This document shows, piece after piece, positions 32,631 through 42,715 of a stretch of 64,000 bases of DNA. The DNA lies in UHGV virus genome UHGV-0326727. One strand, 5' to 3'. Both the position numbers and the translations under genes were made by a program. The notes under the pieces were generated by a model. That model was not told where the DNA came from. It saw nothing but the letters and a program-made list of their open reading frames with translations, and made no database searches. Every line of letters starts with the position of its first letter. Within the stretch, counting starts at the first letter, position 1. This stretch comes from a virus.

Positions 32631-35331
32631 CCTTACCAGTGCCAGTTACAAGCGTCTCTCTCTTCAAACCCAAATTCTGAGATGCCTGACCATACATCCA
32701 GTCAGTTATAGCTTTAACCTCTTGAGTCATACTTTCTGGGCATTCCCAACTGTTTTCATCGTGGTATGCCAGCAAAAGTCTAGCACCGATTGCTGGTTTT
32801 CGTCCATTTAATTTTGTCAACCCTTCTTCACATGCCCTTCTACAAGCAAGGTTAATTGCCTCATTTTGAATCTGAGCCTCTGAACCCATCAAAAGATAGT
32901 TCAACAGTTTGTGTGGAGATTTACACCACAACCAAGCTCCAGCAACCCTTACAAAACCCCCTTTAGAGATTGCAGCAGTCTTACCAAACACCTCTTCAAG
33001 TGCCTTTTTAGTCGCTTTGTAGTCAGCTTCCAAGTCATCTAGCAGCTTCTTAATCTTAGGCAAACGGATAAAGTAAGTCTGTTTAGTCAGTGCACCTTCC
33101 TGAGTAGTTGCAGCTTTAATTGTCTTAGCAAACTTCTCATCACCTGCACCAAACAGTAGTGCATAGATGCCATTCTTAGCTTTCTTACGACCCTTGCTAA
33201 TCTCATGAAGAAGGTTCTCATCCTGAGTAGCTCGACAAGTCAAGATATCCTGCTCATCATTCAAGCTAAAGTAAATACTATTCAGTGTGTGTGCATCAGT
33301 CCCTGAATAGACAACGTAAAGGTCATTCTCAGAGTCATAACGCAGATACTTGTCAACTTCTGGGTTAAGGTACTCATCAAAATGTTTGCAGTAATAGCGT
33401 CCGTCTTCTTGACGAATAAATTCAATCTCTTCTTTACCTTGCGTTACCGCTTTGGTGAAGTCTTTGTCACCCATGAAGTTACAAAGAAGAACTAGCTGGG
33501 CTGAGTTCATGTCTACAGAGACAACGTTAGTACCTTCTTCACAAATCCACACTGCCCTCATTGGTTCCCCATAGACAGCAGCACCAGACGGTACGTTTAC
33601 AATACCATATTGTGTCATACGTCCAGTTGAAGTACCAAATACCATTGCACCAGCACTAAGGCGACCATCTGGACGAATCTGGTTCAACCAACCTTTTTCA
33701 TCATCCTTTGAGTTCTCAATAGTTCTGCGTCTGTGCATCAAAGTATAGTACTTAGCAATCTTCTGTCCAAGCTCACCTTCAATCGTATCATAAGATGATT
33801 CAGTAAGCTTTGGTGAAGTCCTAATCAGACAAGGTTCAAGTAAATCTGTGTACTTCTTAACAGACCAGTTATGCTCAATGTACTGGACACCTTCATGTTC
33901 AACATAACTCAAACCACACCGTTCAACCATCTCCTGCCACTTAGGATGCTTGGTAATCATCTTTTTGTTGTCTTTGAAACGACAAACCTTAACAGGACGA
34001 CCATCTGAGTCTTTCTTGTAGTTCCAGTCATCTGGAATCCAACCAACTGATTTCAAGTAGTCTTTAACAACTGCTACCTGAGTCATACGAGAAACTTCGA
34101 ACTCAATTGGTGTATATGGTGCATCAATCAAACCTGTGTAGCGACTTGACTCAAGCTCAAAGTGGTTAACAACATGGCTGTTATAGTACTTCACAGTCTT
34201 AACTGTTTTTACTGGCTTCCAGTCTTTGCACTTCTTACCAATCTTTGCATTCAACTCATTGCAAATTGCACGAGCATCCTTCATTGCTACAAAGCCTTCA
34301 TTGTACTCTTCACCAGTTACAGAGTTGGTTGGTGTATAGCAATTCCGCTTTTCAATGTTAAAAATCTTTGTAGTTGGCTTACCAAATGGCTTGATTTCAT
34401 ATGTCTGCATTTCACCATTACGTACCTGCTGACGATACTTTGTCTTAGGGTACTTGGTAATTCTCTTCAGTCCATCTGCATGACCGAATGCTTCAACATA
34501 CTCATTCCAAGCTTTTGCAAATTCTTCTCCAGTGACTTTACCTTTGGTCTTAATAGTTGGTGGAAGGTGTGGTTCAACTTCTGAAGCAAGCTCATTAGTC
34601 AACTTGTCAAGTTCCTTTGCATGGAACTCCATAAGCTCTTTATCAGCTTTCCAACCATTGATAGCCTGTTGACTCATCCAGAAAGATGTTTCTTTAGCTC
34701 GCATATAGGTTTCATAAGTATCTATGCCACACTTCTTCAGCTTGAGATATTCATTATCCAGTGCACGTTTAGTTTTGGCGTTAATACGGATATCTTCTAC
34801 AACACGAGTGAAGATTTCTGCATTCCACACACCCCAATGTTCAATCTCTGGTTTACGTACACCAACACGAGCACCCCATGCTGCCAAGCCATGAGCACCT
34901 TTATAACCTTTTGGAGTTGGTCTATCCATCCACTGAACACGAGACTGGATAAGAGAATCCTGAAAGAAATTACTCCACGGCTTACACTTTGGATTATCAA
35001 AGTTCCACAAATCAGGTGCAATGTGATTGAAAACCCACCAGTCATACCCCAGACCATTATGGATGCAGAGTCGTTTTGCCTTTAACGCAAACTCAATGCC
35101 TTCACGTAAGCCACCCTTAATGTACTTGGTATACTTGTGACCGAGGATAGGTTCATCTGTAAAGACCCATACAGGCGGCTCTTCATCGTCAGATTTATAG
35201 TCTGCGAAAGCCATTACGTGCACTTTAGTGAACTCAAGGAGTAAACCATCAGTTTCTGTATCACCAACTAAATGTAAGTTTTTAAAATCTACGTTTTCCA
35301 TTTTTACTCCCTCTAAAATCATTAACCTCAT
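32602..35331 (-). CDS. DNA polymerase, family A, with 3'-5' exonuclease domain
   Basis: 909 aa; Exo I motif GDTETDG; motif A VSVDMNSAQLVLL; motif B RKKAKNGIYALLFGAG; motif C LAYHDE. Confidence 0.9.
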   Translation of the reverse strand: MRLMILEGVKMENVDFKNLHLVGDTETDGLLLEFTKVHVMAFADYKSDDEEPPVWVFTDEPILGHKYTKYIKGGLREGIEFALKAKRLCIHNGLGYDWWVFNHIAPDLWNFDNPKCKPWSNFFQDSLIQSRVQWMDRPTPKGYKGAHGLAAWGARVGVRKPEIEHWGVWNAEIFTRVVEDIRINAKTKRALDNEYLKLKKCGIDTYETYMRAKETSFWMSQQAINGWKADKELMEFHAKELDKLTNELASEVEPHLPPTIKTKGKVTGEEFAKAWNEYVEAFGHADGLKRITKYPKTKYRQQVRNGEMQTYEIKPFGKPTTKIFNIEKRNCYTPTNSVTGEEYNEGFVAMKDARAICNELNAKIGKKCKDWKPVKTVKTVKYYNSHVVNHFELESSRYTGLIDAPYTPIEFEVSRMTQVAVVKDYLKSVGWIPDDWNYKKDSDGRPVKVCRFKDNKKMITKHPKWQEMVERCGLSYVEHEGVQYIEHNWSVKKYTDLLEPCLIRTSPKLTESSYDTIEGELGQKIAKYYTLMHRRRTIENSKDDEKGWLNQIRPDGRLSAGAMVFGTSTGRMTQYGIVNVPSGAAVYGEPMRAVWICEEGTNVVSVDMNSAQLVLLCNFMGDKDFTKAVTQGKEEIEFIRQEDGRYYCKHFDEYLNPEVDKYLRYDSENDLYVVYSGTDAHTLNSIYFSLNDEQDILTCRATQDENLLHEISKGRKKAKNGIYALLFGAGDEKFAKTIKAATTQEGALTKQTYFIRLPKIKKLLDDLEADYKATKKALEEVFGKTAAISKGGFVRVAGAWLWCKSPHKLLNYLLMGSEAQIQNEAINLACRRACEEGLTKLNGRKPAIGARLLLAYHDENSWECPESMTQEVKAITDWMYGQASQNLGLKRETLVTGTGKVGKSWLEVH

Positions 35332-35361
35332 ACATTACTGCAAAAAATTATAAAAAGCAAG

Positions 35362-35391
35362 TTGACAATGTGCTTGACAAGGTGTTAATCT
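35362..35391 (+). promoter_or_regulatory. Sigma70-like promoter region with two TTGACA boxes (second inside CTTGACAAGGTG 12-mer)
   Basis: TTGACA 35362-35367 and 35374-35379; TAATCT -10-like at 35386-35391; divergent region between DNA pol (-) and 35559 (+). Confidence 0.4.
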
Positions 35392-35473
35392 TTGCGAAGT
35401 GGGTTTTTACTTAAAAGGTTACTTAACAGTTTAACTATACAGATACTTTAAAACTCTTAAAAGATTATTTAAT

Positions 35474-35513
35474 AGCTTTTAAAAAGCTTTAAAGTATAAC
35501 GTATAGAATACGT
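35474..35513. promoter_or_regulatory. Two near-palindromic operator-like sites in divergent intergenic region
   Basis: AGCTTTTAAAAAGCT (35474-35488) and ACGTAT-AGA-ATACGT (35499-35513). Confidence 0.35.
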
Positions 35514-35558
35514 TAAGATAAAAGATTAAAACTTAATAGTTACTTAAAAGAGGCTTAC

Positions 35559-35981
35559 ATGCAGAAAATGTTTGTTCACCCAGACATAGCTGACTTTGTT
35601 AGAGCTTTGCAGAAGTTGGAAGAACTTGACATTGCTGCTCAACGGGAATATGCTCACCATCACAGGAGAATGGTTGATATACAACATGAAATAGAGTTGT
35701 CTGAAAACTATGAAGATGACTTAAAATGCTCTGTGTTTGAGCATATGAAAGATGTTGCTACAGCGAGACGTAAAGCTAAAGACACAGTTGCTTTACTAGA
35801 TTCTCTTAAAAAGAGGTTGCAAAGTGGTACAGACCTGTGTAATCTAGCGTCACTGATTAACGATGTTGAAACTTCTTGGGATAGACATTACTATCCACGT
35901 TCTGAAAAGACACTTGACTTTTCTTCATCAGAAAACTTAAAATGTTCTAGAAAGAAACTTAACCAACTGAGAGAGAAATAA
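35559..35981 (+). CDS. Hypothetical protein (140 aa)
   Basis: First gene of + strand early block. Confidence 0.4.
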   Translation: MQKMFVHPDIADFVRALQKLEELDIAAQREYAHHHRRMVDIQHEIELSENYEDDLKCSVFEHMKDVATARRKAKDTVALLDSLKKRLQSGTDLCNLASLINDVETSWDRHYYPRSEKTLDFSSSENLKCSRKKLNQLREK

Positions 35982-35982
35982 T

Positions 35983-36795
35983 ATGAATACTACTGTAGAC
36001 CAGATGCTTGAAGAAAAAGGTATTGACGAAGCATTCTTAATCAATGCCGTAGAAAGCATGGCTATGATTCTTCGTGGAAACAACTACACAGAACAGTTTA
36101 TGCCTGCAAGCTATAACTTGCCTAAAGACAAGTCTGATAACGGTGCTTTTGCAGAACAGGTTAATATGATGCTGTGTGATAAAACACTTGCTTTAGCATC
36201 TATCGTTGTAGGTGTTGATGCTCTTGCAGAGTTCATTTTCTATGAGATGCAGAAAAATGACTATATTGCCATGACCTCTGAAGAAAAAGACTCGCTACTG
36301 CTCTTAGGTTATGATGAGCTAGTTGACCTGTTAATTTCGTCAACAAGTGCTGTTATGGCTGCTCTTGAGAAGCGAATGGAAGAGAAGCTGTCACGATATG
36401 AAAAACTTGATTGGGGTGTAGAAGAGTTAAACCCACGAATCAAAGAGATTATCCAGCAAACTAAAGACTCTTTAGCAGAAGCTGTGAAAGATGATTCTGT
36501 AGCTGATGTAGAACCACTACAGGTGAAGGTTGCTCTGATGATTCCAGCTATCTCTACAATGATGAATATCGTTGCACTAATCCAACTTTCTCAGATGTTG
36601 GGTGTAACCATTGAGTTCGTTGAGGAGATGACTGGTGGTGTCAGTATGCAAGCAATCAATGATGTTTTGGTAAACATTGGCGCTTCAATCATTGAAGAGA
36701 AGCTACGTATCAACTTCGGTGATGATTTTGTGAAGCAAATCTCAGCTATTGCTGAAAAAGAGCACTCACAAATTACTAGTGACCAACTGCACTAA
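35983..36795 (+). CDS. Hypothetical protein (270 aa)
   Basis: ORF; followed by terminator. Confidence 0.4.
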   Translation: MNTTVDQMLEEKGIDEAFLINAVESMAMILRGNNYTEQFMPASYNLPKDKSDNGAFAEQVNMMLCDKTLALASIVVGVDALAEFIFYEMQKNDYIAMTSEEKDSLLLLGYDELVDLLISSTSAVMAALEKRMEEKLSRYEKLDWGVEELNPRIKEIIQQTKDSLAEAVKDDSVADVEPLQVKVALMIPAISTMMNIVALIQLSQMLGVTIEFVEEMTGGVSMQAINDVLVNIGASIIEEKLRINFGDDFVKQISAIAEKEHSQITSDQLH

Positions 36796-36812
36796 GTCTT
36801 TATAAATCTTAC

Positions 36813-36837
36813 AAGCCTCCTTAATTGGGGGCTTTTT
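36813..36837 (+). terminator. Rho-independent terminator
   Basis: AAGCCTCC-TTAATT-GGGGGCTT (one G-U) followed by TTTTT. Confidence 0.55.
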
Positions 36838-36856
36838 AGTAATTAATGGAGATAAA

Positions 36857-37600
36857 ATGAGTAATATTATCGCGTTTACTGGAAAAGCACGTTCTGGAAA
36901 GGATACCTCATGTTCTATTGTCAAGAATATCTTAGAAGATGAGTATGGTTACAATGTTGCAGTAATGGCCTATGCAGACAATCTTAAGCTATCTGCATCA
37001 AGGATATTTGACTTGACATGGAATGACCTGTACGGTGAAACTAAAGAGACTCCACAGGTTTTTGATTTATCATACTCTGAACTGATGTTCAAAGTTACAG
37101 AAGCTATGGAGTTCACCTTCAGAGATGAACGTTACCATATGGATTTTAAGCTTATGTCGGAGTTAACCGGACGATTAATCATGGAACTTAAGAAGGTTGC
37201 TAAGCCAACTCTATTGACACGTCTGGGATTTAGCAAGAAGTATAAATTCTCATCAAGACAAATTCAACAGATTTGGGGTACTGAAGTTGTCCGTAAAGTT
37301 ATGGGTGACAAGTTCTGGGCTAAAGACCTTGAAAAAAGAATGGTAAACTTCTTTGACGTTTGCTCACTTAGGAATCAAGAAGGTGTTGTTTTAATCAGTG
37401 ACTTAAGGTTTGACTCTGAAGCTGAGTGGCTGAGTAGGTTTGCACACCAGATTATTGAAGTAAAAAGAGACAATGTGAACAAGGTTTCATCACATGTTTC
37501 AGAAAATGGAATTTCTACCAAATATGCGCGTGACATTATCCATAATAATGGTACTCTTGCAGACCTTGAAAGTAAGCTGAGAGCTATCCTGAAAATTTAA
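36857..37600 (+). CDS. Deoxynucleoside monophosphate kinase (T4 gp1-like)
   Basis: 247 aa; N-terminal P-loop IIAFTGKARSGKDT. Confidence 0.65.
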   Translation: MSNIIAFTGKARSGKDTSCSIVKNILEDEYGYNVAVMAYADNLKLSASRIFDLTWNDLYGETKETPQVFDLSYSELMFKVTEAMEFTFRDERYHMDFKLMSELTGRLIMELKKVAKPTLLTRLGFSKKYKFSSRQIQQIWGTEVVRKVMGDKFWAKDLEKRMVNFFDVCSLRNQEGVVLISDLRFDSEAEWLSRFAHQIIEVKRDNVNKVSSHVSENGISTKYARDIIHNNGTLADLESKLRAILKI

Positions 37601-37608
37601 AAGAGAGA

Positions 37609-37809
37609 ATGAAGATGAGAGTAAAAGATAATTTTAAGGTTATTGACCATCGTTTAGTGGAACTCTCATCTCTTTCCAATGAGGTAATGATTGAACGTCT
37701 TAAGAGAGTTGAATCACGAAGGAAAGAGATTGCAGATGAAATTCATGAACTGGACAAGATTGAAAATGGATTGAAGGCAGAACTACAACGAAGAGGTGCT
37801 AATGTCTAA
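37609..37809 (+). CDS. Small coiled-coil protein (66 aa)
   Basis: ORF overlapping primase-helicase start. Confidence 0.35.
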   Translation: MKMRVKDNFKVIDHRLVELSSLSNEVMIERLKRVESRRKEIADEIHELDKIENGLKAELQRRGANV

Positions 37810-39787
37810 AGGTCGTAAATTAAAAGAGGCTGGTCAGTTTATTGGTCATTGTGCATGTCCACGTTGTGGTTCATCAGATGCTGGTTCAATCTACCATCAT
37901 GACGATGATTCTTATTCAATGACTTGCTTTAGCTGTAACAAAGGTTTCCCAGAGTGGGATTTTGATAAAGGACAAATCGTGAGCACTTATTCTACTGGTT
38001 CAGATAATAAAAACCGTACTTTCCGTGGAATGGATTTAGACGATGTAAAAGAAAACCTAGAAGCAATGGACTTGAAAGACAGGAAGATTCCTGCAAAAGT
38101 CCTTGAACGTTTAGGTATCAAGGTTGACATTGATAGTGACGGTGAAATTGATGCACATTTCTATCCAACTTACAAACGTAATGAAGATGGCAAGCTAGAA
38201 CATGTTGGTTATCGTGTTCGTCACCGTTACCCAGAAGACCATCCAAAAGAACACCTACGTGGTAAGCTAAAAGACTTTTCAGGTGGTGTTGGAGATATTA
38301 AAGGTGAACTGGCAATGTTCGGTTCATGGATTGCTCCAGAAGGTGGGAACCGACTGTTCATCTGGGAAGGTGAGATGGAATGTGCGACAGCTATCTACAT
38401 GACTTCTTTGGCGATTAAAGATAAGTCTCGTCGTAAGAATTACTGTCACGTATCTGTTCCATCAGGTGCAAACATTAAGTCTATCAAAGACAACTATCAG
38501 TACATCACATCATTTGATGAGATTTACTTGTGCTTTGATAACGATGAAGCAGGTGCTAAAGCTACCAAAGAAGCTGCTGGTATCCTACCTATTGAAAAGG
38601 TTCGTTTATTCCAGTATCCAGAAGGTGTAAAAGACCTTAACGAATGGTGGACAAAGTTCTATAAAGAGAAAGACACAGTTCTGGAAGGATTTAAACAGCG
38701 TATCTACAACGCACCTCGTTACTGCCCTGCTGGTATCAAGAACTTCGCAGATGGTTTTGAGGCAATGAAGAATCGTGGTCAGATTCCATTGATTCCTTTC
38801 CCAGAATCTTTCGGTGATTTGAACAGGTTGACTTATGGTGGTTACGGTTTAGGTGAGATTACGACTATTGCAGCACCATCTTCAGTAGGTAAGTCAGCTT
38901 ACACCCGTGAGATGATTTATTCAGCTTGGAAAGAAACTGATTATAATATCGGTGTAATTCCTGTAGAGGATACCTATGAAGAGTTGATGGAGATGCTCTG
39001 TGCAATCCACCTAAGCAAGCAGATTTCTGAGATTCCTTATGATGAACGAGATTGGGATGAATTAAAGGGAGCACACGCCGAGCTTTCAAAAGGTCGTCGC
39101 ATTCATATCGTTGACCATCAAGGGGCAATTGACCAAGATAACCTGCTGGAGTTTGTTGACTATCTTGTTAATAGTTTAGACTGTAAGATTATCATTCTTG
39201 ACCCTATTACGTTGGCTCTGTCACGTTCAGATACGGATGAAGAGGAAGTTTTGTCTGAGCTATTACGTCGTTGCAAACGCTACCAGTATGCACAGGTAAA
39301 CGTCTGCCACGTTCGTAAGAGTGCAGGTGGTCAGAAAGCTAACTCTGAAGGTGGAGATATCTCTGAAGAGGATATTAAGGGTTCTGGTGCATACTTCCAG
39401 ATTTCCATGAACAACATTCTGTTAATGCGTAACAAGGTTGACCCAGACCCTGTTAAGAAAAACTTGACAAAAATCAAGTTAACTAAGTGTCGTCGTCATG
39501 GTAAGTCAACAGGTATCGCTGGTCATACTTGGTACAATCCAGACACAGGGCGTCTTATCAAAGCTTCTGGGTGTGGTGTTGACATTGATGGTGCAGCAGA
39601 AAATATCCGTCAACAGTTTGGTATTGGTGAAGCTGAAGACCATTATGATGACTCTTTACCTCATTATGAGGATGAAGTGTTTGACCGTGAGACTGGTGAA
39701 GTTTATACTGAAGAACAGCGTCAAAGCTCAACGATTCCACCTGTATTAAGTGAGGATGCAGATGACTGCCCATTCGAAACTGAGTGA
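37796..39787 (+). CDS. Bifunctional DNA primase-helicase (T7 gp4-like)
   Basis: 663 aa; N-terminal zinc finger CPRCGS...CFSCN; TOPRIM acidic motifs (IWEGEMECA, CFDNDEAG); DnaB-type Walker A APSSVGKSAYT and Walker B IIILDP. Confidence 0.9.
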   Translation: MLMSKGRKLKEAGQFIGHCACPRCGSSDAGSIYHHDDDSYSMTCFSCNKGFPEWDFDKGQIVSTYSTGSDNKNRTFRGMDLDDVKENLEAMDLKDRKIPAKVLERLGIKVDIDSDGEIDAHFYPTYKRNEDGKLEHVGYRVRHRYPEDHPKEHLRGKLKDFSGGVGDIKGELAMFGSWIAPEGGNRLFIWEGEMECATAIYMTSLAIKDKSRRKNYCHVSVPSGANIKSIKDNYQYITSFDEIYLCFDNDEAGAKATKEAAGILPIEKVRLFQYPEGVKDLNEWWTKFYKEKDTVLEGFKQRIYNAPRYCPAGIKNFADGFEAMKNRGQIPLIPFPESFGDLNRLTYGGYGLGEITTIAAPSSVGKSAYTREMIYSAWKETDYNIGVIPVEDTYEELMEMLCAIHLSKQISEIPYDERDWDELKGAHAELSKGRRIHIVDHQGAIDQDNLLEFVDYLVNSLDCKIIILDPITLALSRSDTDEEEVLSELLRRCKRYQYAQVNVCHVRKSAGGQKANSEGGDISEEDIKGSGAYFQISMNNILLMRNKVDPDPVKKNLTKIKLTKCRRHGKSTGIAGHTWYNPDTGRLIKASGCGVDIDGAAENIRQQFGIGEAEDHYDDSLPHYEDEVFDRETGEVYTEEQRQSSTIPPVLSEDADDCPFETE

Positions 39788-40039
39788 TAGTTATAAAAGA
39801 GAGGGGTTCATACCCTTCTTTGAAGAAAAAAGTTTAAATGAATTTCAGGAAGAGTGTTTGACAAAGGTTGATAGGTTCTATAGAATGCTCTACATGAAAT
39901 GTGATGGAGGCGTTGAGGTAGAAAAAAAGTTCCATCACAACATAATCACAATCATTATTACTATACCTGAACATAATATTGGTTGGCTGTTTGTAATAAA
40001 AGAAAATGTGTTTGAATATCAAGTATATCGGAGAATATC

Positions 40040-40189
40040 ATGAAACACTCTAAAGCATTTGAAAAAGTTTTTGGGGATTCCTTAAAAGCCACTGCTGGCA
40101 AACCAGCAAAATACTATGAAGAGAAGCGTGTAAGAACTGGAAAAACTGCACGCAAAGCAGCTTCTAAAGATAAGCACAACTTCCAGTAA
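40040..40189 (+). CDS. Small basic protein (49 aa), not in ORF track
   Basis: Hand-translated MKHSKAFEKVFGDSLKATAGKPAKYYEEKRVRTGKTARKAASKDKHNFQ; lies upstream of the 40197 promoter. Confidence 0.25.
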   Translation: MKHSKAFEKVFGDSLKATAGKPAKYYEEKRVRTGKTARKAASKDKHNFQ

Positions 40190-40196
40190 TTAATGT

Positions 40197-40225
40197 TTGA
40201 CAATAGAGTATCAACAAATTAGAAT
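40197..40225 (+). promoter_or_regulatory. Sigma70-like promoter TTGACA-N17-TAGAAT upstream of SSB-like gene
   Basis: TTGACA 40197-40202; TAGAAT 40220-40225. Confidence 0.55.
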
Positions 40226-40261
40226 TGGTACTCTTCATAAATTGAGATAGAGGTTTAAATA

Positions 40262-41119
40262 ATGTCTAAAGTTGTTAAAATGAAAGCTCCGGTAGAGAAG
40301 TACAATGGTACTGAACGTCAAACTCTGCGTTACCTGCTAAAAGATGTTTGGTTTTATTACCTGAACACTTCACCACGTCCGGGAAAAGGTAAGTCCATTG
40401 ATAAGAAATTCCCAGGAAAAGACTGCAACTACAGTGTTTCAATTCTGGCAGAAGACGGTAACAAGCTGTTTAAAGAGTTCACTAAGTCTAAGAAAAACCC
40501 AGAAGGTTGGGATAAAGTTACTACTGAAGCAGTTGATGCAGATGACTTCGAAGAGAAGTTTGGTTGCAAACCACCTTTTGAAGCAGACACTTACTACATC
40601 TTGAAAGTAAGTCGTGCAGCAGCTTATAAAGATGGTGCTGTGTGGACAGCTAAACAGTCATTCCCTGTAATGCTGATTGAAGAAGTAAATGGTAAGCGTG
40701 TAGCTGTTAAGCAGCCGATGAAGAAAATCAAAGCTCAAGCATCTGATAAGCATGAAGATGACAAGAACTATGATGTAATTCATCCAGATATCGCAGTCGG
40801 TAACGGTTCTTTTGGTAGTGTGATTCTTTCTACTCACTTCTACACTTTTGAGAACAATGTTCTGACAAAACCTATTCAGGAACAGTTTATCATTGATACT
40901 CTTGTACCTTACACTGGTGGTAATGGTGCTAATGGCGAACCTGAACTGGATGAAGACGAACTGGCTATGCTTGGTCTTGATGGTGTTGAAGATAACGGTG
41001 AAATCACTGAAGAGGATGCAACAGACCACAAACCTTCGAATGATTCTGATGATGGCGACGATGAAGACTTGCCAGACCCAGATGATGAAGAAGATGAAGA
41101 CTTCGATACAGAAGACTAA
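40262..41119 (+). CDS. Single-stranded DNA-binding protein (T7 gp2.5-like, putative)
   Basis: 285 aa; extremely acidic C-terminal tail ending ...DEDFDTED, hallmark of gp2.5-type SSBs; sits within replication module. Confidence 0.5.
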   Translation: MSKVVKMKAPVEKYNGTERQTLRYLLKDVWFYYLNTSPRPGKGKSIDKKFPGKDCNYSVSILAEDGNKLFKEFTKSKKNPEGWDKVTTEAVDADDFEEKFGCKPPFEADTYYILKVSRAAAYKDGAVWTAKQSFPVMLIEEVNGKRVAVKQPMKKIKAQASDKHEDDKNYDVIHPDIAVGNGSFGSVILSTHFYTFENNVLTKPIQEQFIIDTLVPYTGGNGANGEPELDEDELAMLGLDGVEDNGEITEEDATDHKPSNDSDDGDDEDLPDPDDEEDEDFDTED

Positions 41120-41136
41120 TCTCTAAAAGTTACTTT

Positions 41137-41165
41137 AAAGCCCTGTACTTAGTATGGGGCTTTTT
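41137..41165 (+). terminator. Terminator-like hairpin after SSB gene
   Basis: AAAGCCC ... GGGCTTT stem with 13-nt loop, then TT. Confidence 0.4.
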
Positions 41166-41181
41166 CATATGGAGAGTCACA

Positions 41182-42222
41182 ATGGAGAAGTATACGCTAA
41201 CAAAACTTCCCGATTCAGTTACACATGTCTTTATTGACTCTGATAGTATTGCCTATAAAGGTGCTTGTGTAGTTGAGAAAGCAAAATATAAATACGTCAA
41301 TAAACTCACAGCAGAAGAATCTGAACCATTTGATAATGCAAAAGATGCTGCAAGATGGTTAGCAGACCAGAGAATCCTTGTAGAAGAGCTTGGCCTGACA
41401 TTTGATGAAGATGAATGGGAAAGACAGACTTGGAAAGAAGCTAAGAGTGAAAAAGAAGCTATCATGGCTACTCAGCAGGTTCTTCAGGAATGGCTTAAGG
41501 TTGTTGGTAAAGAAAGAACTTGGGTAGGTTACTTAACAGAGAAGGGCGTACATAAACATAAAGATATTAAAGGTCTTGAGCACCAATATCAAGGTAACCG
41601 TAAAGAGGCTGTCACACCAACACACTTAGTTGCTTGTCGTGAATATCTTTTATCCAGACCAGAGTTCAAACTCTTAAAGGGTGGATTCGAAGCTGATTCA
41701 ATCGTAATTGCTAAAGCTGAAAAGATGGGTAAGAAAGCTGCTCTTATGAGTATTGACAAAGACCTTCGACAAGCTGAAGGGACTTATTGTATTGATATGA
41801 CTTATGAAAAGTCACCACTAATTTTTATTGCTGATAATAATGTTGGTGATATCTGGGATTGTCCTATCAAATCAAAACCAAAAGCTGCAAAAACAGTTGG
41901 TGTAGGTTTTAAATTCTTGTGTTATCAGGCTGTTGCTGGAGATAATGCAGACAACTACTTCGGCCTCAAAGGTGCTGGCAAAGTAGCTGTGATGAAGGCT
42001 TTAGATGGTAAAGAGACTTATAAAGAGTGTCTTGATGCTATCTATGAACTTTATGCTAAAAAAGAATCTTACACCTATGTGTCATGGGATGGACAGACTG
42101 TTACCAAAACACCGTTAGAGTTAATGGAACAGCATTTCTTCCTAGCTTATCAAGAGAGAAATCCAAAAGATAATTTCTCTTTTAAGAAATATAATTGGGA
42201 GCCGTGTATGAATGAAGATTAA
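41182..42222 (+). CDS. 5'-3' exonuclease / flap endonuclease (FEN family)
   Basis: 346 aa; H3TH-type motif AGDNADNYFGLKGAGKVA; N-terminal acidic cluster VFIDSDSIAYK. Confidence 0.65.
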   Translation: MEKYTLTKLPDSVTHVFIDSDSIAYKGACVVEKAKYKYVNKLTAEESEPFDNAKDAARWLADQRILVEELGLTFDEDEWERQTWKEAKSEKEAIMATQQVLQEWLKVVGKERTWVGYLTEKGVHKHKDIKGLEHQYQGNRKEAVTPTHLVACREYLLSRPEFKLLKGGFEADSIVIAKAEKMGKKAALMSIDKDLRQAEGTYCIDMTYEKSPLIFIADNNVGDIWDCPIKSKPKAAKTVGVGFKFLCYQAVAGDNADNYFGLKGAGKVAVMKALDGKETYKECLDAIYELYAKKESYTYVSWDGQTVTKTPLELMEQHFFLAYQERNPKDNFSFKKYNWEPCMNED

Positions 42223-42709
42223 AGGATTTGGCAATTGTCCTACCTATGGTCATTGGGTATCTTTATGTGGGGAAGTTGACCCCACTAAACATTTTGGCTT
42301 TGTCTATTTAGTATACTGTAAGAAAACCGGACAATATTATATCGGAAAGAAACAGCTTAATAGCGTGACCAAAAGAAAAGTTGCTGGCAAGACTCGGAAG
42401 AAGGTAGTCACTAAGGAGAGTGATTGGATGACTTATGAGACTTCTTCTGAGTATATTAAAAAAGATATTGAGAGCTTTGGAAAAGAATTTTTTGACTTTT
42501 ACATTATCCAAACCTACTACACGAAAGGTGGTCTAGTTTATGGTGAAGCAAACCTCCAACATAAATTCGATGTAATGACAAAAAGGATTGACTCTAAGCT
42601 CAGACTCTTCTATAATGCCAATATTGCAGCAATTAAGTTTATCACTAAAGAAACTTATGAAGATGCTGAAAAAAGAATCCATAAGGTAATGAAAGCAAAT
42701 TGTGCTTGA
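42212..42709 (+). CDS. GIY-YIG family nuclease (small, stand-alone)
   Basis: 165 aa; GIY-YIG core FVYLVYCKKTGQYYIGKK near N-terminus. Confidence 0.6.
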   Translation: MKIKGFGNCPTYGHWVSLCGEVDPTKHFGFVYLVYCKKTGQYYIGKKQLNSVTKRKVAGKTRKKVVTKESDWMTYETSSEYIKKDIESFGKEFFDFYIIQTYYTKGGLVYGEANLQHKFDVMTKRIDSKLRLFYNANIAAIKFITKETYEDAEKRIHKVMKANCA

Positions 42710-42715
42710 TAACTA

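Noticed and set aside
34162-35085. Two + strand ORFs (140 and 154 aa) inside the DNA polymerase gene
   Set aside because: Antisense to a polymerase with intact A/B/C motifs; Cys/Phe/Leu-rich translations typical of AT-rich antisense frames.
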